A stretch of 54,669 bases of DNA, from contig NC_068989.1 in NCBI RefSeq assembly GCF_001194135.2, positions 93,375,567 to 93,430,235 of the forward strand, written 5' to 3'. Source of the stretch: Octopus bimaculoides. Taxonomy: Eukaryota. The position numbers and the translations under genes were made by a program. The notes under the pieces were generated by a model. The model had not been told where the DNA came from. It made no database searches and worked only from the letters and a program-made list of their open reading frames with translations. Shown in pieces: positions 12,971-24,430 of this stretch; the stretch's first letter is position 1; each line of letters begins with the position of its first letter.

Positions 12971-14147
12971 TAGTGTCTCTTTCTCCTCATCCTCTTGTTA
13001 TATTTTAATGAAAATATAAATCCTGGTTGACTAGTGACTGAGGAATAACGAGTCATGAGTTACGATTAATGATGTGAGATATGGGTGTACGCACGACACA
13101 TGTGGCCAACAGATGTTTCTAAGTTTTTGCTGCGCAGCGAAAATCCTGTCCCACGAGAAAAAGTTGACTCGTTTATAAAAGTACAGCCTTGATCGATAAC
13201 TTTATGCATTTAATACATTTATTTCAATATATACACACACACACACACACACACGTATATATATAAATATGCGTGTGTGTGTATTTATANNNNNNNNNNN
13301 NNNNNNNNNNNNNNNNNNNNNNNNNNNNNNNNNNNNNNNNNNNNNNNNNNNNNNNNNNNNNNNNNNNNNNNNNNNNNNNNNNNNNNNNNNNNNNNNNNNN
13401 NNNNNNNNNNNNNNNNNNNNNNNNNNNNNNNNNNNNNNNNNNNNNNNNNNNNNNNNNNNNNNNNNNNNNNNNNNNNNNNNNNNNNNNNNNNNNNNNNNNN
13501 NNNNNNNNNNNNNNNNNNNNNNNNNNNNNNNNNNNNNNNNNNNNNNNNNNNNNNNNNNNNNNNNNNNNNNNNNNNNNNNNNNNNNNNNNNNNNNNNNNNN
13601 NNNNNNNNNNNNNNNNNNNNNNNNNNNNNNNNNNNNNNNNNNNNNNNNNNNNNNNNNNNNNNNNNNNNNNNNNNNNNNNNNNNNNNNNNNNNNNNNNNNN
13701 NNNNNNNNNNNNNNNNNNNNNNNNNNNNNNNNNNNNNNNNNNNNNNNNNNNNNNNNNNNNNNNNNNAGTACCGGTTTCAGTCTTTGCGACTTTTTCAACT
13801 TAGAGTAAAGCATGAAAAACAAATAAATTGTGGAAAATTTAAATAAAATATAAAAAAAAATATTATTTCCATTGTTTTCAAATGCAAGGACATTTTCCAT
13901 TTTTCAATCTGTCTCTGTCCCCCTTTTTAAATCTTATATATATATAGACAAATGGGAAATGGAGAAAACGGAATTCACGAGATTCTTTATTAATCACAAC
14001 GATCGGTTCGACCCATCTTGCATCAATACCTTGCGGGATACACAAACGCACATATGTCAATGCTTGTTTTTATGAACAGTTATAAGAAAGGCAATTTTAT
14101 ATGAATCAAATGGGTTAGGCTATTCTTCTGCAGAGTACAAACTATTA

Positions 14148-14272
14148 TTCTTAAACAAGAATATTAACAGTGACTTCGAAGTTTCAGTAAGTTAAGACAT
14201 CGTTGGACTGCAGTCCGACGACTGCTTAACTGGCCGAAACTTCGAAGCCATTGTCAAAAATTTTCTTAAGAA
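14148..14272. repeat. About 125-bp imperfect palindrome; each arm carries a hammerhead-like motif (probable inverted Penelope-like termini)
   Basis: Centre ggactg|cagtcc at 14210/14211; arms acagtgacttcgaagtttcag..gttaag..tcgttggac and gtccgacga..cttaac..ccgaaacttcgaagccattgt. Confidence 0.85.
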
Positions 14273-15220
14273 TTATATATATATATATATTGGGTACGAC
14301 ATTAAATTGCATCGGGTGGTGAGGCTTCAGTTCGGGAGTTCTGGTGTGGCGGAGGAGAGTGGAGTCACCATTTAAGTACCACATTACTCCCTGGTCCATT
14401 CTCACGCGGAAAATTAGTACCTTTTAATGTTCCATCTATGAGTTAAATATACTTTTGTAAGGGTAGATTAAGCTTCTTACCTATGGTGAAACCAATCAAC
14501 TTTGGAGAAGGAAAACTCCAAAATTAATATCACCTTCCAAGATGTCCTAAACCAGCACGGAAGGGTATAGCCGATGAAACTAACATGAAATATGTCCAAT
14601 AACATAGATTCATCCTCTGCCGGCTACTATCACATGTCAGAGCGCATTGTGCCGCAGGCGAAGATAGAGAAAAAATATATATATATTCAGGATTGTCTGA
14701 ATTAAAACCTCGTAACCTGCTCCTGTACAGTTATCGGCTACCATATGCCATCATACAGCAGGGCTATTCTTTTTCCTGGCTATACCTGTGCAACTCCGTA
14801 AGTAAATGCAGAATTTATAGAAAAAAATTATTAAGGAAGATGGAATGAACAGGCTTCAACTCCAGAAGACAACAATTGTTTCTGTGCAATAGTAACACAT
14901 GTTAGTTGCTGAGTTTTCCACATCATACTATTACATAGAACATTCCATAAATACTCTTTGTAGACACCGAGTGAATGAACATATGTATGGAGAAACGGGT
15001 AAAGGCGAATAACTCGCTTGATGTACGATAAGAATCCTGATGACTATGATGCATACCAGGACGGAAAAAAAAAGGAGAAATGGTACACAAGTACAAATGC
15101 AAATAAGAGGACATAACAGATGTCTTTCGACTAAGGACGCATTAAATTAAGCTGCTGTTTGTGGAAGTGAATCCTTACGGCAAGGACATAAGAGATGACA
15201 GGCATGGGGAGGAATATAGA

Positions 15221-15262
<42 letters not shown>

Positions 15263-15344
15263 GAAGGTTTGGAGGTGATGCACAGGAATTGTATGTTAGA
15301 AGACATAAGGCTTGGGTGTCCTGCGTATCACAGGCCTTTAATGA

Positions 15345-15470
15345 GGACTTGACACAGTCTTTAAATCGCGGCCTTGGTTTCTGCCGGAGTCTCCGCGGAA
15401 TTTGAACTCAGAACGTAAAGACGGACGAAATGACGCCAAGCGTTTTATTCGGAGGGCTAACGATACTTCT
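15345..15470 (-). mobile_element. tRNA-derived SINE family B, partial
   Basis: gcggaatttgaactcagaacgtaaagacggacgaaat..gctaacgat shared with other copies. Confidence 0.7.
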
Positions 15471-15861
15471 AGTTCACTGCTTTCATCATCATAAACGTAA
15501 TAATGATGAAGCTGACGATGATGATGGTGGTGGTGGCGGTGGTGGTAGCGGCGGTGGTGGCGGTGGTGGCGCTGGTGGCGCTGGTGGTGATGGTAGTTTC
15601 TTTACTTTTTTCTTTATTTTTATGCATTATGCATTTGATATTTTAATTTTGTTATTCGTTCATACAAAAGCATATCAGAAAAGGGCGTTGCAGGATGTAT
15701 GCTGGTGTGAGCTCATGGTTATATAAACACGAGAGGTGGAGCAGAAACGTTAAATAATGTACAATGGCAATAAAATATTTGGTGTTGCACAAAATAAACA
15801 ATAAATATCTATACATATATAAATATCATAAAAATAACAACGACGTATAAATTGAAGAAAA

Positions 15862-15900
15862 ACTTACCTATGTAAAAAAAAAAAAAAAAAAAAAAAACAG
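15862..15900 (-). other. Candidate recursive splice site (T24-ACATAG|GTAAGT)
   Basis: Reverse complement of acttacctatgt(a)24cag. Confidence 0.3.
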
Positions 15901-16894
15901 CCGCGTAANNNNNNNNNNATGAGATCATGGTACTCCTGCTGCCTGATTACCTATTCTTGAGAATCGGTTGTACTAAACGTAATCGTAAGTATCTGACGGA
16001 TTTTATTCGTTGAGAATCTTCCATTTTCCCCAAGGTAACCTAGCTGGGTTATAATTTCTTATTTGGTTTTTGCCAACGCCATATCATTTGAATGCTCTAC
16101 AACATTAATATAATATTCTAGCTTTCTTCAGGAAGTTCATTCAGTAGATCGATTGTTTTTGCTGCGTAGAATATTCAAAAGAGGCATAAATTTCATTCAG
16201 TCCGAGGTGACGATGGACTTGTCCTCACGTGTCCTCCTCAGTTTAGGAAAATTTTCCTTTTCTGGATTTTCCACTCACGTTCAAAATCTACTTTATCTCC
16301 GTCGCCCCAAAATAAAAGGTTGATACTACCAGATGAGACGAGGTCTCTTTTTAAACATTTATTTTATTATTTTATTAATTAATTAATTAGTTTTATTTTC
16401 TGATCGCAAATTGAACTTCTTAGCCACATTTTCGTGCCTGGAGGAAATTTTATTTCACTTTCTGGCTTCTATTTTTTTTTTTTGAAAGTGAAAATGTCTG
16501 TCCGCTTATTCAAATGTCATTATGTCTTTCTCATCTGTTCGTCCTTTTTACGTTTCTGTTATTATTTTCACAAACTTTTCATTGTGGGTGTAATCAGCGG
16601 CAAACTCGGTCTTAGCTTGCAATTTTTATTGATAACCCTGACGAAGAAGCTTTGTTATAAAACGAAGAAACGGAAGTTTAGAAAACTCCAATATTAAAAC
16701 GTTCAATGAGAACCCATATTATTCCACCTTAAAGTAAACAGGTTCAATACCCAAGTGTTCCAAATAAGAAACAAAAACAATGATTTTAAGTTCGACGCGG
16801 GGAAACGGGATCTTCGACGGAAGCATAGAGGAACCCTGTCGTTTCCAGAGGGCTATGGCAGCAATAATGATGATTGTGATGACGATGATGAGGG

Positions 16895-16934
<40 letters not shown>

Positions 16935-16990
16935 GCTGCTGCTGCGTCAAATACTACTACTACTATTACTACTACTACTACTACTACTAC

Positions 16991-17039
<49 letters not shown>

Positions 17040-17040
<1 letters not shown>

Positions 17041-17559
17041 GAACTTCACCATTCAAAGTGACAGAAAGATAGACGCAAATAGGCCAGACATCATACTGAA
17101 AGACTTCAGACAAAAATCATGCCTCCTCATTGATATGACTGTTCCAATTGATATAAACGTATCTGTGAAGACCTACCAAAATCTGGGCAAGTATAAAGTT
17201 TCTGAAATAGAAATTAGCAAAATGTGGAACCTGAAGACTAAAACAATACCTGTTGTCATAGGTGCCCTGGGAATGATAGCAAAGGGGCTGATTGCTACCT
17301 AGCTCAGACACCAGGAAACCCCAAAATGGCAGAAATTCAAAAGATAGTGCTCATGGAAACTGCCCATATCCTACGTAAAATACTGTCTATGTAATCTCAA
17401 ATTTGAAAACAAACATAATTTTCTTATGGTTTCTTAAATATTTTCTAGAACAACACTTGAACTTAACATCAACATGAACTTCTAACTTGTTGTCTCTTGA
17501 GGTCTCCGGGTGAGACTTGGAGCCAACTTGTACAAATACAAAGCAAAAATCAAGCATAA
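17040..17559 (+). mobile_element. 5'-truncated R4/Dong-like LINE (RLE domain plus 3' UTR) between (AAT)n tracts
   Basis: WNFTIQSDRKIDANRPDIILKDFRQKSCLLIDMTVPIDINVSVKTYQNLGKYK..MWNLKTKTIPVVIGALGMI (1-bp frameshift) ..QKIVLMETAHILRKILSM* ending at 17394; (AAT)n before 17039 and after 17560. Confidence 0.92.
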
Positions 17560-17632
<73 letters not shown>

Positions 17633-17699
17633 TCAATAGTAAAAAGAATTGTTATTAATAATAAGACCTTGAGTTGGCACAATTGTTAGCCTAATAAAA

Positions 17700-18130
17700 T
17701 ACTGAGAGCTATTTATTTCGGTTCTTTAAATTCTGAGTTCAAATTCTGTCGAGGTCAACTTTGCCTTTCATCTTTAGGGTTCAATAAAATAAAGTATTGA
17801 TCAAGGGCCGGGATAGATGTAAGCTACTTGCCTCTCACCTTGAAACTGCTGGCTTTTTACCAAACTCTGGAACAGTGGCGGTGAGCTATCAGAATCGTTA
17901 GTACAGTTAACAAAATACCTACCGCTATTTTGTTACGTTTTGAGTTCAAATTTCGTCGGAGTATACTTTACTTTTCATACTCTCCGGGTCGACGAAATAA
18001 GTACCAGTTAAGCACTGGGTGTCCATGAAATCGATGTACTCTTCCCTCCAAAATTTCAGGCTTTGTGCCTATAGAAAAAAAGAAGATTTTCCACTTAGTC
18101 CCTCATCCAAATTGTTGGCTTGGTGCCAAA
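17700..18130 (+). mobile_element. Two tandem SINE family B copies
   Basis: ttctgagttcaaatt..cgaggtcaactttgcctttcat.. repeated at about 17730 and 17940; head ggcggtgagct at 17878. Confidence 0.85.
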
Positions 18131-18222
18131 ACTTGAAACGATAATAATAATAATAATAATAATAATAAGAAGAAGAAGAAGAAGAAGAAGAAGAAAAAGA
18201 AGAAGNNNNNNNNNNATAATAA

Positions 18223-18253
<31 letters not shown>

Positions 18254-18265
18254 AAGAAGAGGAAG

Positions 18266-18316
18266 AAACCGGACACGGAGGCTCTAATCTGTGCTGCCCA
18301 AGAACAATCACTAAGA
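18266..18316 (+). mobile_element. 51-bp internal fragment of an R4/Dong-like ORF
   Basis: KPDTEALICAAQEQSLR, homologous to KPEREALICVALEQALR at about 28922-28972. Confidence 0.65.
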
Positions 18317-18364
18317 TGTATGTATGTATGTATTTATGTATGTATGTATGTATGTATATATATC

Positions 18365-18715
18365 TTTTACCCTTAACTTGTTTCAGTCATTAGGCTGTGG
18401 CCTTGCCGGGCAAGTGCTTTTTGGAAGAATTTTTAGTCGAAAGAATCAACCTTTTGTTTTGTAGAATGGTGCTCATTCTATCGGTCTTTATTACGGAATC
18501 GCTAATTTAGGGGACGTAAACACACCAACACCGGTGGTGAAGTGGTGGAGTCGGACAGACACAGTGACATGTGCACACACAGACACACACATATACATAT
18601 ATATTCGGCAGGCTTCTATCAGTTTCCCTCTACCAAGTCTGCAAACATGGCTATGGTCAGCCGGAGGCTATTGTAGGAGACACGTGCCCAATGTGTCACG
18701 CAGTGGGACATGAGG
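18365..18715 (-). mobile_element. SINE family A, near full length
   Basis: Tail cttgtttcagtcatt..gtggcc through head gtcacgcagtgggac. Confidence 0.85.
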
Positions 18716-18748
18716 ATGGAAAGCAAGCTACGCCTGATATACATACAT

Positions 18749-18869
18749 ATGGTCATATTGCCAGTTTAGCCAATAAAAACACACGCACTGTATATTTAGT
18801 GTTAATTTGCTTCAGCTTTATATTACATTAATCTTAATCTTATTTTGGCTAAACTGGCAATATGACCAT
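18749..18869. mobile_element. MITE (about 120 bp, about 28-bp TIRs)
   Basis: atggtcatattgccagtttagccaataa ... ttattttggctaaactggcaatatgaccat. Confidence 0.85.
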
Positions 18870-19123
18870 CCCCAAGTACAACAACATCTGTTTCAACACA
18901 GGATTTCACATCAAAAAACTTGCAAAACAAATATATATATATATGTATATATATGTATATATATGTATNNNNNNNNNNNNNNNNNNNNNNNNNNNNNNNN
19001 NNNNNNNNNNNNNNNNNNNNNNNNNNNNNNNNNNNNNTATATATATATATATATACACATATACATATATATACATATTTATATACACACACATATATAT
19101 ATACACATATACATACATACATT

Positions 19124-19166
<43 letters not shown>

Positions 19167-19260
19167 GTATGTATGTATGCATGGATTTATATACCAGAGT
19201 AAGCACATAAATGTGAAACAAGGTGGAAAAAATTGTCGTCGAATACTGGAGGTAGAGTAA

Positions 19261-19419
19261 TATGCTTTATCAATAAAGCTGCAAAGACATCACAAAAACT
19301 GTTACTCAAAGTTTCAAGCTCTCGTTCGTCCGATGGGAACGTCGAGCGGGAACGTGAAACTCTGAAAGGGAAACACTGAGTAACAGTTTTTGTGATATCG
19401 TTACAGCTTTATTAATAAA

Positions 19420-19424
<5 letters not shown>
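19261..19424. repeat. Inverted repeat with degenerate hammerhead-like motifs (probable Penelope-like inverted termini)
   Basis: Arms ctttatcaataaagctgcaaagacatcacaaaaactgttactca and tgagtaacagtttttgtgatatcgttacagctttattaataaag. Confidence 0.8.
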
Positions 19425-19459
<35 letters not shown>

Positions 19460-20520
19460 NNNNNNNNNNNNNNNNNNNNNNNNNNNNNNNNNNNNNNNNN
19501 NNNNNNNNNNNNNNNNNNNNNNNNNNNNNNNNNNNNNNNNNNNNNNNNNNNNNNNNNNNNNNNNNNNNNNNNNNNNNNNNNNNNNNNNNNNNNNNNNNNN
19601 NNNNNNNNNNNNNNNNNNNNNNNNNNNNNNNNNNNNNNNNNNNNNNNNNNNNNNNNNNNNNNNNNNNNNNNNNNNNNNNNNNNNNNNNNNNNNNNNNNNN
19701 NNNNNNNNNNNNNNNNNNNNNNNNNNNNNNNNNNNNNNNNNNNNNNNNNNNNNNNNNNNNNNNNNNNNNNNNNNNNNNNNNNNNNNNNNNNNNNNNNNNN
19801 NNNNNNNNNNNNNNNNNNNNNNNNNNNNNNNNNNNNNNNNNNNNNNNNNNNNNNNNNNNNNNNNNNNNNNNNNNNNNNNNNNNNNNNNNNNNNNNNNNNN
19901 NNNNNNNNNNNNNNNNNNNNNNNNNNNNNNNNNNNNNNNNNNNNNNNNNNNNNNNNNNNNNNNNNNNNNNNNNNNNNNNNNNNNNNNNNNNNNNNNNNNN
20001 NNNNNNNNNNNNNNNNNNNNNNNNNNNNNNNNNNNNNNNNNNNNNNNNNNNNNNNNNNNNNNNNNNNNNNNNNNNNNNNNNNNNNNNNNNNNNNNNNNNN
20101 NNNNNNNNNNNNNNNNNNNNNNNNNNNNNNNNNNNNNNNNNNNNNNNNNNNNNNNNNNNNNNNNNNNNNNNNNNNNNNNNNNNNNNNNNNNNNNNNNNNN
20201 NNNNNNNNNNNNNNNNNNNNNNNNNNNNNNNNNNNNNNNNNNNNNNNNNNNNNNNNNNNNNNNCCACCACCACCACCACCATCACTACCGCCACCACCGC
20301 CAGCTTCGCAACAACATGGGCGGTAATGACATCCTTAACAAAAACAACCAAAACAAACGTAAACACTTCCACCATCACCACCACCGTCAAGAAGTCTGAT
20401 ATCATCACCGCCGCCACCAGTGCCTCCATTACTGCCACCCCCACCCCAGCGCCTTCACCTCTCTTATTGCTTTGAACTTCCTTTAATTCATTTTAAATAT
20501 TTTATTGAGCTCTTTAAACT

Positions 20521-20560
<40 letters not shown>

Positions 20561-20562
20561 AC

Positions 20563-20596
<34 letters not shown>

Positions 20597-20604
20597 GCTA
20601 GCTA

Positions 20605-21308
20605 GCTATCCGGTCTGGTCGAGTTGCTCTGAGTGTGGTTTGGTCCGGACCTCCAAACGGAGAAGAACTGGAACGAAATAACGTACAGGATGATCACCCT
20701 CGCCTAGCGGAGGTAGCGAACACTTACATCGCGTCCGTCATCTACTACCGCCTGACCGTCGTGCCTTGTTCCGACCCTACCATCACCAAGCTGGAACGCA
20801 TTCTCTTCCGCTTCTTGTGGAAAGGATGATTTCTGATGGTCAGGCGATCTGTTTGCTGCCAACGCCCGTTAAAAGGAGGACTGGGTATGCCGTGGTTGAT
20901 GATGCGCAGACACGCGCTGAGACTGCGACATCTCTGACTCTACGTAGACGACGGTGAACAGGTGTGGTCGCCGTTTGTGAGGCGCGCTTTCTCGCAGCTT
21001 GTCACCATGACCGAACTGCAGTCGTGGATCAAGAAGAGGCCGAGGAAGGGCGAATGGCACCGCGAGTGTCATGTTGCTCTCGAGCAACTATGCCGTCTCG
21101 AATCGACCTTGAGCGACTTCAACACAACCAAAGCATTCTATAGGGAATTAGTGGAGGGGAAGTACGACGACGATCTCAGGGCGAACCTGGGCGTCTATGA
21201 GAAATACCTGACCCACCTGTTCAAGACGACTTACGGTCCGGGACCTATGGACAACTTCCAGAGATCCCTAGCCTGGCAGTGCTATCGAGAAGCGCTACCC
21301 GTTCGGGA
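20605..21308 (+). mobile_element. L1/Tx1-clade LINE ORF2 fragment (RT C-terminal region)
   Basis: VWFGPDLQTEKNWNEI..AEVANTYIASVIYYRLTVVPCSDPTITKLERILFRFLWKG*..RRSVCCQRPLKGGLGMP..SLAWQCYREALPVR; FLW.G and KGGLG.P are typical L1/Tx1 motifs; in-frame stops present. Confidence 0.85.
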
Positions 21309-21614
21309 TTTTGACAGAATGACCAATGTTTTATTCGAAGCGCATGTCGGATGTATAAAGATTTGAATAACGATATGATATTAAATTGATTGGTAGATTG
21401 TTAGAAAGATATTTTATTCAACTCCTAATCCTTTTGAGCCGAAGTTTCGAACTTATTATTAGAAGGTGATACTGTTTGTGGCTTTTATCGAACACAACTG
21501 ATCGAACTGGGTGATCCATTTAGCCAATTTTATCAACGGGTCGTAACCCTCAGAAAAGTGCAAAAATCAACCTTGAAAGCGTAAAAAGCAGGAACCAGAT
21601 ATACAGAGAAACTT

Positions 21615-21805
21615 CTCAGGCCCGAAATTTTGGGAGAGGAGGCCAGTCAATTAGATCGATCCCAGTACGCAACTGGTACTTGATTTATCGACCTCGAAAA
21701 GATGAAAGGCGAAGTCGACTTCGGCGGAATCTGAACTCAGAACGTAAAGACAGGCGAAATACCGCTAAGCATGTCGCCGCTAACGTTTCTGCCAGCTCAC
21801 CGCCT
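21615..21805 (-). mobile_element. SINE family B
   Basis: gatcgatcccagtacgcaactggtactt..gatgaaaggcgaagtcgac..gctaacgtttctgccagctcaccgcc. Confidence 0.9.
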
Positions 21806-22114
21806 TCACGTAAACGCATATTAAAAATACACAACACAGCCTTGTAATACGATCGGTAATCAGTACATTGTGGGTAGCAGCGCATTGTGAATGGTGGCCT
21901 GGGTGCACTATTGAGGGTCAAACAGAACTTATTGCCGGTCCGTGTTATCACAGATCAATTCGTGATAAGCGTGACATCGTTCACAATCGAGCGTACATGC
22001 TGAGTCCATTTTTGTCTATCAATAATACTGAAGGTCGATTTTTTGACTAAACTTCTCCACCAAATTTCTGTCCTTGTGTCTATCTTAGAAACCATTTTTA
22101 GTAAGGGCAGTTAA

Positions 22115-22275
22115 AGTGCGTGGTCTGGTGGTCAGCGTGTTGCACTAACGACCTCGGCTCAGCGGTGTGTTGCGTTCTTGAGCAAAGCACTTCATTCGTC
22201 GTTGTCACAGTCATCACAGCCGCAACAGAATAACCTTGCGATGGTCCAACATCCTATTCAGGTGATGGACTTGGA
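22115..22275 (+). mobile_element. tRNA-derived SINE (third family), degraded; related copy at 31940-32125
   Basis: A-box-like ggtctggtggtcagcgtgttgcact; shared gtgttcttgagcaaa.cactt core. Confidence 0.6.
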
Positions 22276-22320
22276 CCTTGGATAGTAATAGTCCAGTGGA
22301 TATTGTTGTTGTTGCTGCTA

Positions 22321-22375
<55 letters not shown>

Positions 22376-22470
22376 GATGCGTCAGAGTTTTGCAGGATTT
22401 AGTTACGGATTTAGTTACATATCGAGTTCAAATTACACCGAGCTCAAACTTCTCTCTCTCTCTATTACTT

Positions 22471-22600
<130 letters not shown>

Positions 22601-22724
22601 TATATATATATATGTATATATATACATATATATGATCTATGTATACATATGTAGGTATGTGCATGCATATCCATATGTAGGTATATGTAATTATGCACGT
22701 ATGCATATATGGGCATGTTTAGGA

Positions 22725-22815
22725 ACAGAGTAACCAAATGGCTAAGGTGTGCGCTTAGCAACTACAAGGTCCACTGGTTCGATCCCACTGCGTGGTATGT
22801 AAAGTATCTGTAGCC
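22725..22815 (+). mobile_element. SINE family A-like head
   Basis: B box ggttcgatccc followed by actgcgtgg. Confidence 0.6.
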
Positions 22816-22913
22816 TTAGATTAGATCGTATCTGGTGAGACGAATTGAGTTAACAAAAATCTATACATGCATACATGCATGCATACATGCATACATACAT
22901 ACATACATATATG

Positions 22914-22949
<36 letters not shown>

Positions 22950-23249
22950 NNNNNNNNNNNNNNNNNNNNNNNNNNNNNNNNNNNNNNNNNNNNNNNNNNN
23001 NNNNNNNNNNNNNNNNNNNNNNNNNNNNNNNNNNNNNNNNNNNNNNNNNNNNNNNNNNNNNNNNNNNNNNNNNNNNNNNNNNNNNNNNNNNNNNNNNNNN
23101 NNNNNNNNNNNNNNNNNNNNNNNNNNNNNNNNNNNNNNNNNNNNNNNNNNNNNNNNNNNNTATATATACATATATATATATATATATATTTACACACACA
23201 CACACATACACGTACATGCACACACTTTCCCTCTCTTCCTCAGTGTGAG

Positions 23250-23309
<60 letters not shown>

Positions 23310-23691
23310 TCCTACTTGGTCCATAAGACTGTTGTGAAGATCATACACAGCTTGCACTATAAAGATAGAGAAGAAAGAGAAATTTAGTAGTGGTGGTCAT
23401 CGTTTGAGTGGTTTGAGTGGTCTGAGTGGTGATGGTAGAAACAACAGTGGTTGTGATGACGGCGGATGATCTGTAAGTGGGTGGCTTAGATAATGTGATT
23501 ATCTGAACCAACTGCCGATGGTGTCACACCTTTCTGTATATTAATCTTTCTGTCAACTCACTTTGCAATATCGCTTTACAATAAAAGCCTTCTTGTACGC
23601 GTGTGTGTGTGTGTGGGGGCGGAGCGTCTGTCTATGTGTGCGTATATACTTATGACAGAATGCGTACATATGATTCAGTATAAGCGCACGC

Positions 23692-23870
23692 CTAAGGCTG
23701 CGAGCTGGTAGAGTCGTGAGCGCGCCGGGAAAAAATGCTGAGCGGGATTTTGTCCGTCTTTACGTTCTAGTTTCAAATTCAGCAAAAGTCGACTTTGCCC
23801 TTCATCCTTTCGGGGTCGATAACATAAGTACCAATTTGGGGTCGATCTAGTGAGGGTTAACGGATTAATT
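23692..23870 (+). mobile_element. SINE family B
   Basis: ggctgcgagctggtagagtcgtgagcgcgccgg..ttcaaattc..gtcgactttgcc.ttcatcctttcggggtcgat. Confidence 0.85.
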
Positions 23871-24039
23871 TGAATATAATAAAATAAAGTAAAATAATGA
23901 AAAACACAAAAATAAAATAAGTGAAAAAATGTTATAAAAAATAAAATAAAGAATTAAAAATAGAATAAAAATAAGAGGTAGAATAGAATATATACATATA
24001 TAGGTATATAGGTACGTACACACATACACACTTATATAT

Positions 24040-24430
24040 ATATATTGTGCCAAATTTTGGCATTGAAAGCTACACCAATGCTAGAACGGGACGACACTGC
24101 ATAGTGCTAAAGATCCCAGCAATGCCATCGCGCTTCAGGACCAGTTACTGCAACAGTTTGGGTTTCAGGGGCCCACAACTTTTTAATATTCTCCCAAAGA
24201 GCCTGAGGAACCTGCACAAAGTAGATGTAGGGGTTTTTAAATCAAAGCTGGACCTCTTTCTGTCGAGAGTCCCAGATGAACCTACCTCGCTGCAGGAGGT
24301 GCAAATGAGGGTTGCTAAATCAAACTCCATTCTTCACCAAGTGCCACAAATTGTAAGAGGCTCCCTGTAATAACAGTGTAGCAACACGGCGGTGCATCAG
24401 CATGGCCGCAGCTCTAAGCTGAAACTATAA
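24040..24430 (+). mobile_element. 3' end of a CR1/L2-like LINE (ORF2 end, 3' UTR, A-rich tail)
   Basis: NARTGRHCIVLKIP..RTSYCNSLGFRGPQLFNILPKSLRNL..FKSKLDLFLSRVPDEP; UTR ggcggtgcatcagcatggccgcagctctaagctgaaact then an A run. Confidence 0.9.

Noticed and set aside
14475-14510. Second minus-strand CATAG|GTAAGA junction
   Set aside because: Poor pyrimidine tract and embedded in a repeat remnant
14731-14797. cag|67 nt|gtaagt plus-strand exon candidate
   Set aside because: Not frame-symmetric, no recognisable peptide, lies next to degraded repeat sequence
15430-15726. Asp/Gly-rich ORF
   Set aside because: Derived from (GAT)n/(GGT)n repeats and a SINE fragment
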